Source: an uncultured Clostridia bacterium
GTDB taxonomy: Bacteria > Bacillota > Clostridia > Christensenellales > UBA1242
Direction of reading: 5' to 3'
Assembly (NCBI GenBank): GCA_947626955.1
Contig: CANQUB010000004.1
Location: forward strand, 1 to 52,687
Length of the DNA: 52,687 nucleotides
Numbering within the stretch: position 1 is the first letter of the stretch; every line of letters begins with the position of its first letter. The position numbers and the translations under genes were made by a program. The notes under the pieces were generated by a model that saw nothing but the letters and a program-made list of their open reading frames with translations, was not told where the DNA came from and made no database searches. Below are positions 44,063 to 52,687 of the stretch, in pieces.

Positions 44063-44620
44063 TTAGGCTCTTGACATATATGTTCCGGTTCGAGTGTCGA
44101 TCTTGATGCGGTCACCATTGTTGACAAAGAGCGGAACTTGAATTACATATCCGGTCTCCAAGGTTGCAGGCTTGTAGCTTGCCTTTGAAGTATCTCCCTG
44201 AATTGCAGGCTCGCAAGCCACGATGTTGAGTTCAACAAAAAGTGGTGGCTCAACGCTGAACGCAGTCCCTTTGTAGAACTGAATTGTGCAGTTCATGTTC
44301 TCGGTGATGAAGTTCAATGCGTCCTCAACCTGGTCTTTGTTGAGCGGAACTTGCTCGTAGGTCTCATTGTCCATAAAGTAGTACAGGCCCGAATCGTTGT
44401 AGAGATAGGTCATTTCCTTTCTTTCGATGTGAGCCTTTTCGAATTTCTCGACTGGGTTGAATGTTCTTTCAATAACCTGCCCAGTTACGATATTTTTAAG
44501 TTTGGTTCTAACAAAAGCTGCACCTTTGCCTGGCTTTACGTGCAAGAAATCAACGACGATATAAATTTTACCTTCAATTTCAATAGTTACACCCTTTCTA
44601 AGTTCTCCAGCAGTTATCAT
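44063..44620 (-). CDS. efp: Elongation factor P
   Basis: [42 protein letters not shown]. Confidence 0.97.
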   Translation of the reverse strand: MITAGELRKGVTIEIEGKIYIVVDFLHVKPGKGAAFVRTKLKNIVTGQVIERTFNPVEKFEKAHIERKEMTYLYNDSGLYYFMDNETYEQVPLNKDQVEDALNFITENMNCTIQFYKGTAFSVEPPLFVELNIVACEPAIQGDTSKASYKPATLETGYVIQVPLFVNNGDRIKIDTRTGTYMSRA

Positions 44621-44680
44621 AAAATCCTCCAAATACTTATATTTATGCTAAAAAAGTATATCATACCATAATCGCAAAAA

Positions 44681-45529
44681 TCAATTCATTTCAGTAAAAA
44701 TTTTTTTAAGAAGCATGGCGTCCTTTGTCTGAGCCCCTCTCGATTCGGTCACAAGAGTAAAATTTATACCCTCTTCTTTGAGCACTGCAGCCAGTGGCTC
44801 GAAGTCGGGCCCGTAGCCGTCGACATCTTCGTTATAGTTAACATGGTGCAGTTCACCTTTTGGACCGTAGACAACCTTGGAAAAATGGATATGCACATTT
44901 TTGTATCTGTCGCCCATGTACTTTTTTAGAGTTTCAAACACCCCACGAAAATCCTCTTTGGTCTTAAGCCCGCCAAGCGTGAAGGCATTGATATGTCCAA
45001 AGTCAAGAGTTGGCATATACCTTTTGTCGATGGCGCACATCTTAGCCACTTCTTCCACTGTTCCAACCTGCCCATGCTTGCCCATGGTCTCAAAGCAGAC
45101 ATACATATCGTTTAAGTTGTTTTCATCAAGCAGCTTAGAAAGTTCTTCTAACCTTCTTAAAACTAAAGCCATTGCCTCTTCACGGCTGCCCTTCATCAAA
45201 CTTCCCGGATGCACAACAAGCTTGGTTGCCCCCATGAGTTTCATCTTCTTTAAACTATTAATCACATACATCTTAGACTTGTCGGCCATCTCGTCGTCGG
45301 GATTGGCAAAGTTTATGTAGTATGGCCCATGCACAGTCAGTTCAATATTAGCCTCTTTAAAGAGCCCCCCTAGCTTTGCAGCCTTCTCGTCACTTATGTT
45401 TATACCCTTATTAAAAGCATATTCGTAGACATCCAGCCCGTGCTCAACAAGCCAAGCCGGCATATCCTCGGTGTGAGAATGTTCTTCATTAAACCAATCA
45501 CATTGCCCCGAAGGTCCAAATTTTACCAT
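44681..45529 (-). CDS. Endonuclease IV-like (AP endonuclease 2) TIM barrel protein
   Basis: HGPYYIN, VHPG, ETMGK..Q.G, DFGH, HIHFS metal-ligand motifs. Confidence 0.85.
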   Translation of the reverse strand: MVKFGPSGQCDWFNEEHSHTEDMPAWLVEHGLDVYEYAFNKGINISDEKAAKLGGLFKEANIELTVHGPYYINFANPDDEMADKSKMYVINSLKKMKLMGATKLVVHPGSLMKGSREEAMALVLRRLEELSKLLDENNLNDMYVCFETMGKHGQVGTVEEVAKMCAIDKRYMPTLDFGHINAFTLGGLKTKEDFRGVFETLKKYMGDRYKNVHIHFSKVVYGPKGELHHVNYNEDVDGYGPDFEPLAAVLKEEGINFTLVTESRGAQTKDAMLLKKIFTEMN

Positions 45530-46383
45530 ATGTTCTCCTTCTCGTATAGATATATTTTGTTTTTTAGTTTACCATTAATCGCAGTTGCCAGCGAAAATTC
45601 ATCTTCACCCAAAAAGGTTAGATAGTCGCCATTTGGCACTTTTTTATCAATGCTCTTTCCTGAAAATAGATTCTTTGCCTCAGCACTTTCAAGCATAATT
45701 TCGGGAAGTTTTAGCACTTTGTTAATCTTAACAAACCCGGCATTTTCATTACTTAATATTTCGTCTAGCGTTGCCGCATCTTCTATTTTAAATGGTCCAC
45801 TTGCCACTCTTATGATGGCAACACAAGTGGCAATGGTGCCTAATTTTTCAGCAATATCACGAACTATCGAACGCACATATGTTCCTGCACTACAATGAAT
45901 TTTTAGCCTAAAAACATCATTTTGATGCCATTTTTCAACATTTATTGAGAAAATTTGCGTTTTTTTGGCAGGAAGTAAAACTTCTTTTTGCTCCCTTGCC
46001 AGCTCATATGCCCTCACTCCACCAACGCTCTTTGCCGAAAAGGCTGGTGGCACTTGCATGATCTCTCCCACAAGCTGTTTTGCGACATTTTGCACGTCGT
46101 TGAGTTTTACATTACACTCTTTACTCTCTATTACCTCTCCGTCGGCGTCTAGGCTATTTGTCAAAACACCAAACTTCATAAGTGCAACATATGTCTTGTC
46201 CTTTTTTAAAAAGTAGTCAAAGAATTTGGTGGCATTTCCTACTGCCACTGGCAGCACCCCGCTGGCCATTGGGTCGAGCGTTCCGAGGTGCCCAACCTTT
46301 GCGTGGCTGGCGTGCTTTATCTTGTTTACCACATATGACGACGAAACCCCCGTCGGCTTTATGACATTATAAAACCCTAGCAC
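45523..46383 (-). CDS. truB: tRNA pseudouridine(55) synthase
   Basis: KP.G.SS, KVGH.GTLDP.ASGVL, Q.PP.FSA, CSAGTYVRS. Confidence 0.95.
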   Translation of the reverse strand: MLGFYNVIKPTGVSSSYVVNKIKHASHAKVGHLGTLDPMASGVLPVAVGNATKFFDYFLKKDKTYVALMKFGVLTNSLDADGEVIESKECNVKLNDVQNVAKQLVGEIMQVPPAFSAKSVGGVRAYELAREQKEVLLPAKKTQIFSINVEKWHQNDVFRLKIHCSAGTYVRSIVRDIAEKLGTIATCVAIIRVASGPFKIEDAATLDEILSNENAGFVKINKVLKLPEIMLESAEAKNLFSGKSIDKKVPNGDYLTFLGEDEFSLATAINGKLKNKIYLYEKENIW

Positions 46384-47357
46384 CTTTTAGATTCCTCAAT
46401 CATGTATTTTACAATCTTTTCACTGGCTGCTTTTTGGTCGTCATTAACTCGGCAGCCTGCTGCCTGCTCGTGCCCACCACCGCCAAACTGCATGGCTACA
46501 TTGCATGAGCTATACGGAGCCTTGCTTCGTATGGAAATATACTGAACCCCTCTTTCCAAAGGATTCTCACTGACGAGAGCCATGATCTTGACGCTTTCAA
46601 GTTGCATTGCCACCTCGACAATGCCCTTGGTCTCTTCAAATGTTGCACCCACGCTTTCAAAGTCTTCGGCCGAAAGGCAGATTATGGCCACCTTCCCGTC
46701 TTCGAAGAACTTGGTATTATTATAGGCCAGTTTTGTTAGGTTGAAACCAGGTATGGTCATGCTTCTAAAAATTGGATTGGTCATTTCGTCTATAGAAATA
46801 TCGGCAATCTTAATCAGCTTTGACGCCCACATATAGGTTGACGAGTGCGTGTTTGAAAACTTAAAGCAACCAGTGTCGGTGTAGATTCCAGTTAGTAGAA
46901 GTTTGGCCGTCTCTTTGTCGAGTTTCACCTTCATATACTCATACAAATTGCACATCAGCTCACAGGTGGACGACTCGCCCTCAACAATGTAGTTAGCCCT
47001 GGCAAAGCCCTCGTTGCCAAGATGGTGGTCAATTTCGATGGTGGTCTTAACGTTTTTGCGATATTTGTATCTAAGCCTGCCAAGGCGAGATTCGTCGTTG
47101 CAGTCAAGCACCACAGCCACATCATATGCAGGAGCTTTTTCATTGTTTATCTTGCCGTAGTCCAAAAAAATTTTGCCGTTTGGCAAAAGCTCACTATCCA
47201 TAAAAACATGGGCAGTTTTACCCATGTTTTCAAGTACTCTTTTAAGGCTTAGGCATGAGCCGATAGAGTCAAAATCGGTTTTCATATGCCCATAGATAGC
47301 AAACGACTTGTAACTGGAAATTATATTGCTAATTTTTTGCAACTCGTTTTTATTCAT
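46377..47357 (-). CDS. nrnA: DHH/DHHA1 phosphoesterase (NrnA-like)
   Basis: H...DFDSIGS, LDC, IDHH, GIYTDTG.F, SIRS, FGGGGH..AAG. Confidence 0.88.
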   Translation of the reverse strand: MNKNELQKISNIISSYKSFAIYGHMKTDFDSIGSCLSLKRVLENMGKTAHVFMDSELLPNGKIFLDYGKINNEKAPAYDVAVVLDCNDESRLGRLRYKYRKNVKTTIEIDHHLGNEGFARANYIVEGESSTCELMCNLYEYMKVKLDKETAKLLLTGIYTDTGCFKFSNTHSSTYMWASKLIKIADISIDEMTNPIFRSMTIPGFNLTKLAYNNTKFFEDGKVAIICLSAEDFESVGATFEETKGIVEVAMQLESVKIMALVSENPLERGVQYISIRSKAPYSSCNVAMQFGGGGHEQAAGCRVNDDQKAASEKIVKYMIEESKRC

Positions 47358-47709
47358 CTTTTGTTTCCTTTAAATTATCAATAAGCTTCATTATGTGCTG
47401 ACTCTTCTCGTAGGAGTTGTCTACATAAAACTCCAGCTCGGGCATGGTCTTGAGTCTTACCATATGCATAACTTCATGGCGAATAAAGCTCTTGGCCTTG
47501 TTTAATTCTCTCACAACCAGCCTTTCGGTTTCATCGGTGGAAAGCACGCTGACGCCCACTTTTGCAAGGCTTAGGTCGGCGGCTGTATCAACATATATGA
47601 CTGAAATTATAAGTCCGTCCAAATTTGGATTGTTCAAACGGTTATTGATAACGTCGGCAATGGCTTTTTGAAGCTCGCCATTGATTCTACTCATTCTTAT
47701 ATTTGCCAT
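47350..47709 (-). CDS. rbfA: Ribosome-binding factor A
   Basis: R..RIN......I, DLS.AKV.VS, L..A..FIR......LK..PEL.F..D. Confidence 0.93.
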   Translation of the reverse strand: MANIRMSRINGELQKAIADVINNRLNNPNLDGLIISVIYVDTAADLSLAKVGVSVLSTDETERLVVRELNKAKSFIRHEVMHMVRLKTMPELEFYVDNSYEKSQHIMKLIDNLKETKDE

Positions 47710-47710
47710 A

Positions 47711-50113
47711 TTATATCCTCTCTAGTGCATAAGTTTCGAGGATGTCACCAATGACTATATCCGAATGGCCTTGAAGTGTAGCACCAAATTCGAAGCCGGC
47801 ATTGACCTCTTTGACGTCTACCTTATCCCTTTGAAGTGTGGCAATCGTGCCGTCATAGAGCTGCTTGTCCCCTCTCTTCAAACGAACTTTGCTGCCCTTT
47901 GTTATCTTCCCGTCAAGCACATAGGATCCGGCAATGACGCCAACCTTGCTGGCCTTGAAGATTGCACGAACTTCGGCATGGCCGGTGATGACCTCGCGGT
48001 ACTTAGGGGTTAGCATCTTGTTTATTTGCTCGGTTACATAGTCTATTGCCTCGTAGATAACCCTGAAATATTGAATGTTGATCTTTTTCTTTTCGGCAAG
48101 GTTCTTGGACTTTGCGTCAGGCTTAACGTTGAAGGCAATTATAACTGCGTTCGAAGCCTCGGCAAGCATGATGTCGTTTTCGTTAATAGCACCGACACCG
48201 CCGTGGATGCAGCGAACTTTAACCTCTTCATTTTGAATGGCTGCAAGCGACTGAGTTAGAGCCTCAACCGAGCCTTGAACGTCGCCTTTAATGATGACAT
48301 TGTAATCTTTGAAGTTGCTGTCGGCAATTCGCGAAAGCAGGCTGTCTAGCGAGACGTCCTCGTCTTTGATCATGCTGGTACGCTTGTTGTAGTTTCTCTC
48401 GGTAAGTATCTGTTTAGAGAACTTTTCGTCAACCACATATAGCTGGTCGCCAGCATTTGGCACGCTTGTAAGCCCCAAAATTGCAACTGGGGTTGATGGG
48501 CCGGCCTTTTTGACGTGTTGGCCCTTTTCGTTAATCATGGCACGGACTTTACCAGTGGCCGTTCCGGCAACCACGACATCGCCAATCTTAAGCGTGCCGT
48601 TTTGCACAAGCACAGTGGCCACTGTTCCCATTCCTTTATCCAGTCTCGCCTCGATAATACTACCCGAAGCATTGCGGTCAGGGTTGGCACGAAGGTTTTG
48701 ATATTCGGCCACAAACAACACCATTTCAAGCAATTTGTCAATGCCAGTTCCTTGCTTTGCCGAGATTGGCACCATGATGGTTTCGCCACCCCACTCCTCA
48801 GGCATAACGTCCTCGGCCGCAAGCATTTCCTTGACTCTAGCAACGTTTGCAGTTGGAACATCAATCTTGTTTATGGCCACAATCATTGGCACATTTGCGT
48901 CTTTTATGAATTTTATAGATTCTTTGGTCTGTGGCATTACGCCGTCATCGGCAGCCACCACCAAGATGGCCACGTCGGTAAGGTTGGCTCCACGCTTTCT
49001 CATCTCGTTGAAAGCCGAGTGTCCCGGCGTGTCGATAAAGGTTATTGGCTGGCCGTCCACATTTATTTGGTAAGCCCCGATGTGCTGGGTTATTCCACCC
49101 GCCTCGCCCGAGGTCACATTGGTCTTTCGAATATAGTCAAGAAGCGATGTTTTACCATGGTCAACGTGACCAAGCACAGCCACAACAGGTGGACGCTTAA
49201 CAAGCTTGCCTTCGTCTTCGTTTTCGGTGCTGTGAATGTCGGCAAGTTTTTCCTCATAGGTCTTTTCAACCTTTTTCTCAAGGGTTACCCCAAGTTCGGA
49301 GGCTATAAGTTCGGCCGAGTCAAAGTCGATGTTTGAGTTGATATTGACCATCATGCCAAGGATTAAGAACTTGCTCATGATCTCAGCCACTGGACGGCCG
49401 ATCTTTTCGGCAAGCATCTTAACAGTAAGGTTATCGGTGGTGATGACCGCATGGTCAATTCTTGGCATAACCACAGTTTGGGTCTCTTTCTTGGCCTTGC
49501 TGCCACGCTTTTTGGAACCCATTCTCTCGCCATCGTCGTAGAGAGTGTCGTCCTCGACATAACCACGCATGACAAGTGCCTTTTTGTTCATGGACTTCTT
49601 GTCTTCATTTGTGGCCTTTTCAAAAGTCTTCTTCTTTGGAGCATGGCTGAGCATATTTGGCTTTGCAAGCTCTCTTGCATCTATCTTGTCGCCGCCGCCA
49701 AACACCCTGGTTTGAGGTCGAGGTGCACCATTAGGCCTTGGGCCTGCAAATGGTCTTTGACCACCTTGACCAGCAGGTGCTGGCCTTCTTTGAGGGTTTT
49801 GTCCACGGTCAAACTGCCTGGTTTGGGTTCCTGGCTGTGGTCTTTGGAAATTGCGAGTTTGGGTTGGCTTTTCTTGAGGCTTTTTCTCAGGTACTGGCTG
49901 AGGGGCTGCCTTTTGCTCAACCTTGACTTCAGGCTTTTCTTCCTCTTTTGGCTTTATGCTTTGCAGTTTGGTTTTAACAGACGCAAGAATACTGTCCAGT
50001 TTTTGCCTGGCTTTCTTCATGTTCATGCTAAGGTTGTTAAGAGCTCCCCCTCTCAAAAGCTCTTGCATTTTGTGAATGCTGTCAAATTGCGTTTTCTTTT
50101 CGGTCTCTGCCAA
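47711..50113 (-). CDS. infB: Translation initiation factor IF-2
   Basis: [50 protein letters not shown]. Confidence 0.97.
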   Translation of the reverse strand: MAETEKKTQFDSIHKMQELLRGGALNNLSMNMKKARQKLDSILASVKTKLQSIKPKEEEKPEVKVEQKAAPQPVPEKKPQEKPTQTRNFQRPQPGTQTRQFDRGQNPQRRPAPAGQGGQRPFAGPRPNGAPRPQTRVFGGGDKIDARELAKPNMLSHAPKKKTFEKATNEDKKSMNKKALVMRGYVEDDTLYDDGERMGSKKRGSKAKKETQTVVMPRIDHAVITTDNLTVKMLAEKIGRPVAEIMSKFLILGMMVNINSNIDFDSAELIASELGVTLEKKVEKTYEEKLADIHSTENEDEGKLVKRPPVVAVLGHVDHGKTSLLDYIRKTNVTSGEAGGITQHIGAYQINVDGQPITFIDTPGHSAFNEMRKRGANLTDVAILVVAADDGVMPQTKESIKFIKDANVPMIVAINKIDVPTANVARVKEMLAAEDVMPEEWGGETIMVPISAKQGTGIDKLLEMVLFVAEYQNLRANPDRNASGSIIEARLDKGMGTVATVLVQNGTLKIGDVVVAGTATGKVRAMINEKGQHVKKAGPSTPVAILGLTSVPNAGDQLYVVDEKFSKQILTERNYNKRTSMIKDEDVSLDSLLSRIADSNFKDYNVIIKGDVQGSVEALTQSLAAIQNEEVKVRCIHGGVGAINENDIMLAEASNAVIIAFNVKPDAKSKNLAEKKKINIQYFRVIYEAIDYVTEQINKMLTPKYREVITGHAEVRAIFKASKVGVIAGSYVLDGKITKGSKVRLKRGDKQLYDGTIATLQRDKVDVKEVNAGFEFGATLQGHSDIVIGDILETYALERI

Positions 50114-50126
50114 TATAGTTCCTCCG

Positions 50127-50408
50127 CTATAAGTTATCTTTTATGGCCTTAGCCAAGTTTTCGCTAAGTACGGCAAGGGCTTTTATTCGCTCGTTATTAG
50201 TCAGCTCATTAAAAGCTTTGTCGTCTAGCATTATAATCGTTGCCTTAGTCTTTTGGGCGTGGTTTTCTAGACGCCTTTTGGCCGAAGCAAGATTAGCTGA
50301 ATAAATTATTAGTTGGGGCTTGGTTTTTTCGATATTGTCCACCCCATAGACAATGGCTCGCGACTTTATCGCAAAGCCGAGGTAGGCCTTAATTTTGGCT
50401 GTTTGCAT
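50127..50408 (-). CDS. ylxQ: L7Ae-family protein (YlxQ-like)
   Basis: KI..YLGFA.KS..IV.G; position between ylxR and infB. Confidence 0.75.
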   Translation of the reverse strand: MQTAKIKAYLGFAIKSRAIVYGVDNIEKTKPQLIIYSANLASAKRRLENHAQKTKATIIMLDDKAFNELTNNERIKALAVLSENLAKAIKDNL

Positions 50409-50661
50409 AGGCGGCTTTTATCTCCTCGTATATGCTGTCGTCAGCCTCAGGAAATGTGCGAGTTATGAGCCTTGACTTTATGGCCTTGTCGATGCAGGCC
50501 TGGTCTTTGCAAAGATACAGGCTGCGGCCGCTTATTTTTCTAAGACCGGTGACTAGCACCTTGCCCTGCGACCTGACCACCCTTATAAAATTGTCTTGCT
50601 CGCCATGCTTTCGGCAAACAGCGCACATTCTTATAGGTGCATCTTTCATACTATTCCTCAT
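50389..50661 (-). CDS. ylxR: YlxR/RnpM family RNA-binding protein
   Basis: PIRMC..C....IRVV....GRS.YLC....C. Confidence 0.88.
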   Translation of the reverse strand: MRNSMKDAPIRMCAVCRKHGEQDNFIRVVRSQGKVLVTGLRKISGRSLYLCKDQACIDKAIKSRLITRTFPEADDSIYEEIKAAYANSQN

Positions 50662-51790
50662 CGTCTACCGAGCTGAGCACGTTCTCAATGTCATCAAGCG
50701 AAATTACCTGCTCGCTAGTGTCTTCGCTGTTCTCTTTTCTCTCTTCTTCCTTGGCCTTGGATTCGCTCTTAACGTCTATCTTCCAGCCGGTCAGCCTTGC
50801 AGCAAGGCGAACATTTTGCCCACTCTTGCCGATGGCAAGTGAAAGCTTGTCGTCAGGCACAATGACCTTTGAAGTCTTGTTTATCTCGTCAATCTCCACG
50901 CTTAGAACAGTGGCAGGAGAAAGGCTGCGGGCAATGTATTCAAATGGGTCATCGCTGTAGATGATGATGTCCACTTTTTCGCCACCAAGCTCGGATACAA
51001 CGCTGTTGACCCTTGTGCCCTTGTTACCAACGCAGGCGCCAAGCGCATCAACCTGCGGGTCGGTGCTGTAGATGGCCATCTTTGTGCGGTAGCCGGCCTC
51101 ACGGACAATGTTTTTAATCACCACGTGTCCAGTTCCAATTTCAGGCACTTCGTTCTCAAAGAGTTTGCGAACAAAGCCAGGGCATGAACGAGATACAACG
51201 GCTTGCACACCGCGTGCAGTTTCACGAAGCTTTTTAACATAAACCCTAACTCTGTCGTTGAGGTTAAGCTTTTCGCTGGCAATTTGGTCGCCTGGCATGA
51301 GCACGCCCTCAATTTGAGTTCCGGCAAGTTCGATAAAGTAGGTGTCGTTTTCCTTGCGGCGAACATAGCCACTCATAAGAGTGTCAACCTTTTCTTCAAG
51401 CTCGCCATAGGCAATGCTTCTTTCGGCCTCACGAAGTTTTTGAGTTAGCACCTGCTTTGCTGTTCCGGCGGCAATACGTCCAAAGTCTTTTGGAGTTACC
51501 TCTTCGCCAATTTGGTCGCCAACTTTATAGCTCTTTTTGATGGCCTTTGCATCTTCTAGTGATATTTGAGTATCCTCGTCTTCAACGGTCTCTACAACTG
51601 TTTTATAGGCAAATACCTTGATTGTTCCCTTTTCAGGATTTAGCTTTACTTCGACAGCCCTGCCCTCGCCGAAATTCCTTTTGTAGGCCACAGCAAGTGC
51701 GGTTTGGAGTGTTTCTAGAAAGAACTCCTTTTTAATTCCTTTGGTTTTTTCTAGTTCGTCGAGAGCTAGAAAGAAATCTTTGTTAGTCAC
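50651..51790 (-). CDS. nusA: Transcription elongation factor NusA
   Basis: FGRIAA.TAKQV, S1 and KH domains, REAG.RTK.A, GACVG..G.RV, LSLAIGK.GQNVRLAARLTGWKID. Confidence 0.97.
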   Translation of the reverse strand: MTNKDFFLALDELEKTKGIKKEFFLETLQTALAVAYKRNFGEGRAVEVKLNPEKGTIKVFAYKTVVETVEDEDTQISLEDAKAIKKSYKVGDQIGEEVTPKDFGRIAAGTAKQVLTQKLREAERSIAYGELEEKVDTLMSGYVRRKENDTYFIELAGTQIEGVLMPGDQIASEKLNLNDRVRVYVKKLRETARGVQAVVSRSCPGFVRKLFENEVPEIGTGHVVIKNIVREAGYRTKMAIYSTDPQVDALGACVGNKGTRVNSVVSELGGEKVDIIIYSDDPFEYIARSLSPATVLSVEIDEINKTSKVIVPDDKLSLAIGKSGQNVRLAARLTGWKIDVKSESKAKEEERKENSEDTSEQVISLDDIENVLSSVDDEE

Positions 51791-51801
51791 TTTTTTTCTC
51801 C

Positions 51802-52257
51802 TTAAAATTCTATATATTTTGTTGCTTTACTGATTAATTTTCTATCAAGCGTTACAGGTTTGCCTTTAACATCAATGGTAACTCCATCTTGGTCGTAGCC
51901 CACAAGCACGCCCACAAACTTTTTGCTTGTGCCAACTTTTTTGAAAGTGTTTATCTCCAAAGTCTCACCCACATTTCTCTCATAGTCCTTGTCGGTGACT
52001 ATTGGCCTATCCAGCCCCGGTGACGACACATTGAGCGTGTATGGCTTGCCACTGGTTGGGTCAAGCTCGTCGAGCGGCTCATCGATGGCGTGGTGCACCA
52101 TTTCACAATCGTCCAGGCTGACACCGCCTTTTTTGTCGATGTAGATTGTCAGGTTCATGCCGTTATTCTTCTTTTCGTAGGCCACCTCGACAACCTCGAT
52201 GCCGAGTTTGTTGACGATTGGAGTTATAAATTTTTCAACATTTTCTTTGACTGCCAT
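51802..52257 (-). CDS. rimP: Ribosome maturation factor RimP
   Basis: L.IYIDK.GG..LDDC, LD..DP....Y.L.VSSPGLDRP. Confidence 0.95.
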   Translation of the reverse strand: MAVKENVEKFITPIVNKLGIEVVEVAYEKKNNGMNLTIYIDKKGGVSLDDCEMVHHAIDEPLDELDPTSGKPYTLNVSSPGLDRPIVTDKDYERNVGETLEINTFKKVGTSKKFVGVLVGYDQDGVTIDVKGKPVTLDRKLISKATKYIEF

Positions 52258-52282
52258 TTTACCTCCTTACGCTAGACAAAAT

Positions 52283-52310
52283 TTTAGGAGTGGCTCTTGC
52301 CACTCCCAAA
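52283..52310 (-). promoter_or_regulatory. rimP leader hairpin
   Basis: TTTGGGAGTGGC-aaga-GCCACTCCTAAA between promoter and RBS; GAGTGG/CCACTC stems are typical upstream of Firmicute rimP. Confidence 0.6.
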
Positions 52311-52330
52311 GTAATGCTATAACTATAATT

Positions 52331-52359
52331 ATTATAAAGTAATAATTCCAATATTGCAA
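52331..52359 (-). promoter_or_regulatory. sigmaA promoter of the rimP-nusA-infB operon
   Basis: TTGCAA-17 bp-TATAAT. Confidence 0.7.
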
Positions 52360-52384
52360 GCATTTATGCAAAATTTCTTTTCTT

Positions 52385-52687
52385 TTACGCAATTGGCATG
52401 GTTTCGGACAGCTTGAACAGCACCTCGGCCGTGGCAATTGTGTCATTTACCGCCCTGTGCGCGTGCTCAAGAGCCACATTGAGTTTCTCAGCAATGGTCT
52501 TTAGCTTGTAGTTTTTCACCCCGCGAACTCCCTTTTGTGCCAGCTTGTAGACATCTATGGATGGGTTGTCGAAGTTGTAACCCGAAAGCTTGCCAAAGTG
52601 AGTCAAATACAGGTTGTCAAAGCCCTCGATGTTGTATCCCGAAAGATAGCAGCCGTAGGTGAACTTATAAAAGTCGGCCAGCACTTC
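52385..52687 (-). CDS. 3' end of a DEDDh 3'-5' exonuclease (PolC/DnaQ-like domain); 5' part outside the window
   Basis: YN..GFD, ID...LA, YKL..IA..L.V....AHRA.ND..ATA.V. Confidence 0.85.
   Translation of the reverse strand, partial: EVLADFYKFTYGCYLSGYNIEGFDNLYLTHFGKLSGYNFDNPSIDVYKLAQKGVRGVKNYKLKTIAEKLNVALEHAHRAVNDTIATAEVLFKLSETMPIA

Noticed and set aside
49680-49960. P/Q/R/G-rich segment in IF-2 as a novel insertion
   Set aside because: Low-complexity, variable N-terminal regions are normal for IF-2.
33739-50152. Long plus-strand ORFs opposite spoIVB, recN, spoIIIAE and infB (e.g. 33739..34299, 34538..35224, 48515..49336, 49451..50152)
   Set aside because: They fully overlap well-supported genes on the other strand and show antisense-type composition with no recognisable domains.

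Overview
Chromosomal window from a spore-forming, low-GC Gram-positive bacterium (Clostridia-like; taxonomy inferred from gene content only). Almost all genes are on the minus strand. The right two thirds (about 22.6-52.7 kb) is conserved core and sporulation synteny: a DEDDh exonuclease 3' end, rimP-nusA-ylxR-L7Ae-infB-rbfA-DHH-truB, an AP-endonuclease-like gene, efp, spoIIIAA-AH, asp23, nusB-xseAB-recN-spoIVB, a strongly diverged spo0A-like gene whose receiver domain has lost the phospho-acceptor Asp, spoIIM, dacF, a site-2 protease, scpAB, ytfIJ, dacB, rluB, a flavoprotein and plsC. The left end (1-10 kb) carries tRNA-Pro and housekeeping or accessory genes (ABC-F, gpsA, TspO, S66 peptidase, type III glutamine synthetase, a frameshifted Nudix gene, cupin, HIT-like). 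Between them lies a visibly AT-rich, integrase-less defence island of about 10 kb next to tRNA-Thr(CGT). It holds an HTH-Fic gene with a palindromic operator, a three-gene operon (TPR + cold-shock-domain protein, RnlA-type HEPN toxin, RnlB antitoxin), a type III R-M system and a T5orf172/GIY-YIG nuclease flanked by 63-bp repeats. Best candidates for something undescribed: the tripartite TPR-CSD/RnlA/RnlB operon, the pseudo-receiver Spo0A, and the truncated-plus-replacement tRNA-Thr arrangement at the island border. All calls come from motif recognition by eye; no searches were run.
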